This document shows, one piece after another, positions 63,111 to 64,000 of a stretch of 64,000 nucleotides of DNA. The DNA is taken from assembly GCA_001600815.1 (NCBI GenBank), contig BCKZ01000006.1:807048-871047 (forward strand), given 5' to 3'. Within the stretch, counting starts at the first letter, position 1. Each line of letters starts with the position of its first letter. The notes beneath the pieces are model-generated. The model saw only the letters and a program-made list of their open reading frames with translations. It did not search any database and was not told where the DNA came from. The DNA comes from Alloascoidea hylecoeti (taxonomy: Eukaryota). The translations under genes and the position numbers were made by a program.

Positions 63111-64000
63111 ATATACCCTATATAATTACCTTGCAATTGGAAGAAAATAAACGTTACCATTAAATACATACGACAATAATGTTTATCAGCTGTGCCATAT
63201 AATTGTAATTCACATATATATATATATACATCGATATCGATTACAAGTACTAATATCTCTATATAATGTTCTAATTAGAAATATATACTAATTATGATAT
63301 TAGTAGCAAGCATATGCATATAACTATTCTTTCAGTTAAGTAATGTAACCTATATAGAAATCAAACATGTGTTTTAATTACAAAAATTCTAGAGATCCTG
63401 AAAGACTGATTGACTGCCTTAAGTTTTCAAATCGTTTATAAGGTCTTAAACCTACAACGAGGGAGCAAAGACAGTATATATACCAGCCACAGGTAGCAAC
63501 TATCGTGCTGTGTAACGGACAATATATAATCTATTATTATTCCTTTGGCTAGAGGAGATGTGTCCCAGTATTAATATTTAATTATAAGCTCAAACTCAAA
63601 AAGCCTGAGATACTGATATCGATGTCGATATTAACATAAAATATTGTCATAAATACAATAGAAAGCCTTTAATTATAAGACAAGTTTAAGAGAACTATAT
63701 ATAGTATGCATATACGTAATTATAAAAGAGTCTCATATCTAAACTCTCATTCCACTTCAACTATATATATTGTTTTATTCTTTTGATATTTTCCTAAACG
63801 TTAACACTTCTTACTCAGATTTGATTTTAAGTTCAAGTGTAGTTAATCTATAAAGATATGCTCAACATATTTTCTATTTGTACAACTGGCTCGGTTATAT
63901 GCACCATCATCGCAGGAACGTTCCAACCTCGTTTGAACTATGTAAACAAGTCTGTTGCTGGGATAAGCCCCGCATTTCTTTCTTGTTGGATTATTGGAGA

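Noticed and set aside
1..64000. CRISPR arrays, rRNA or tRNA genes, prokaryotic operons
   Set aside because: None seen; the window is intron-containing fungal DNA.

Overview
Eukaryotic, AT-rich budding-yeast (Saccharomycotina-type) chromosome segment. CUG codons fall at conserved Leu positions, consistent with the standard code. It carries about 19 protein genes: an RVS167-like BAR/SH3 protein, a C2H2 transcription factor, SUR7-family, GUA1, STU1, POL12, WWM1 plus a tandem WW-domain gene, an old-yellow enzyme, PKR1, a small DAP1-like haem protein, MDH1, SRX1, an HSP30/YRO2-like protein, ACH1 and several low-complexity proteins. I reconstructed 13 short introns (54-129 nt) by hand. These reveal two genes the ORF track misses entirely: a 4-exon 81-aa membrane protein and the DAP1-like gene. 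The most unusual content is intergenic. First, there are at least six decayed Tc1/mariner DNA transposons, some with terminal inverted repeats and TA target duplications and others with recognisable DDE transposase motifs. Second, there is an apparent excess of overlapping short perfect palindromes (TAGCTA, CAATTG, TGATCA and others) that may reflect an unusual mutational process; this needs a proper count. I found no tRNA, rRNA or CRISPR.
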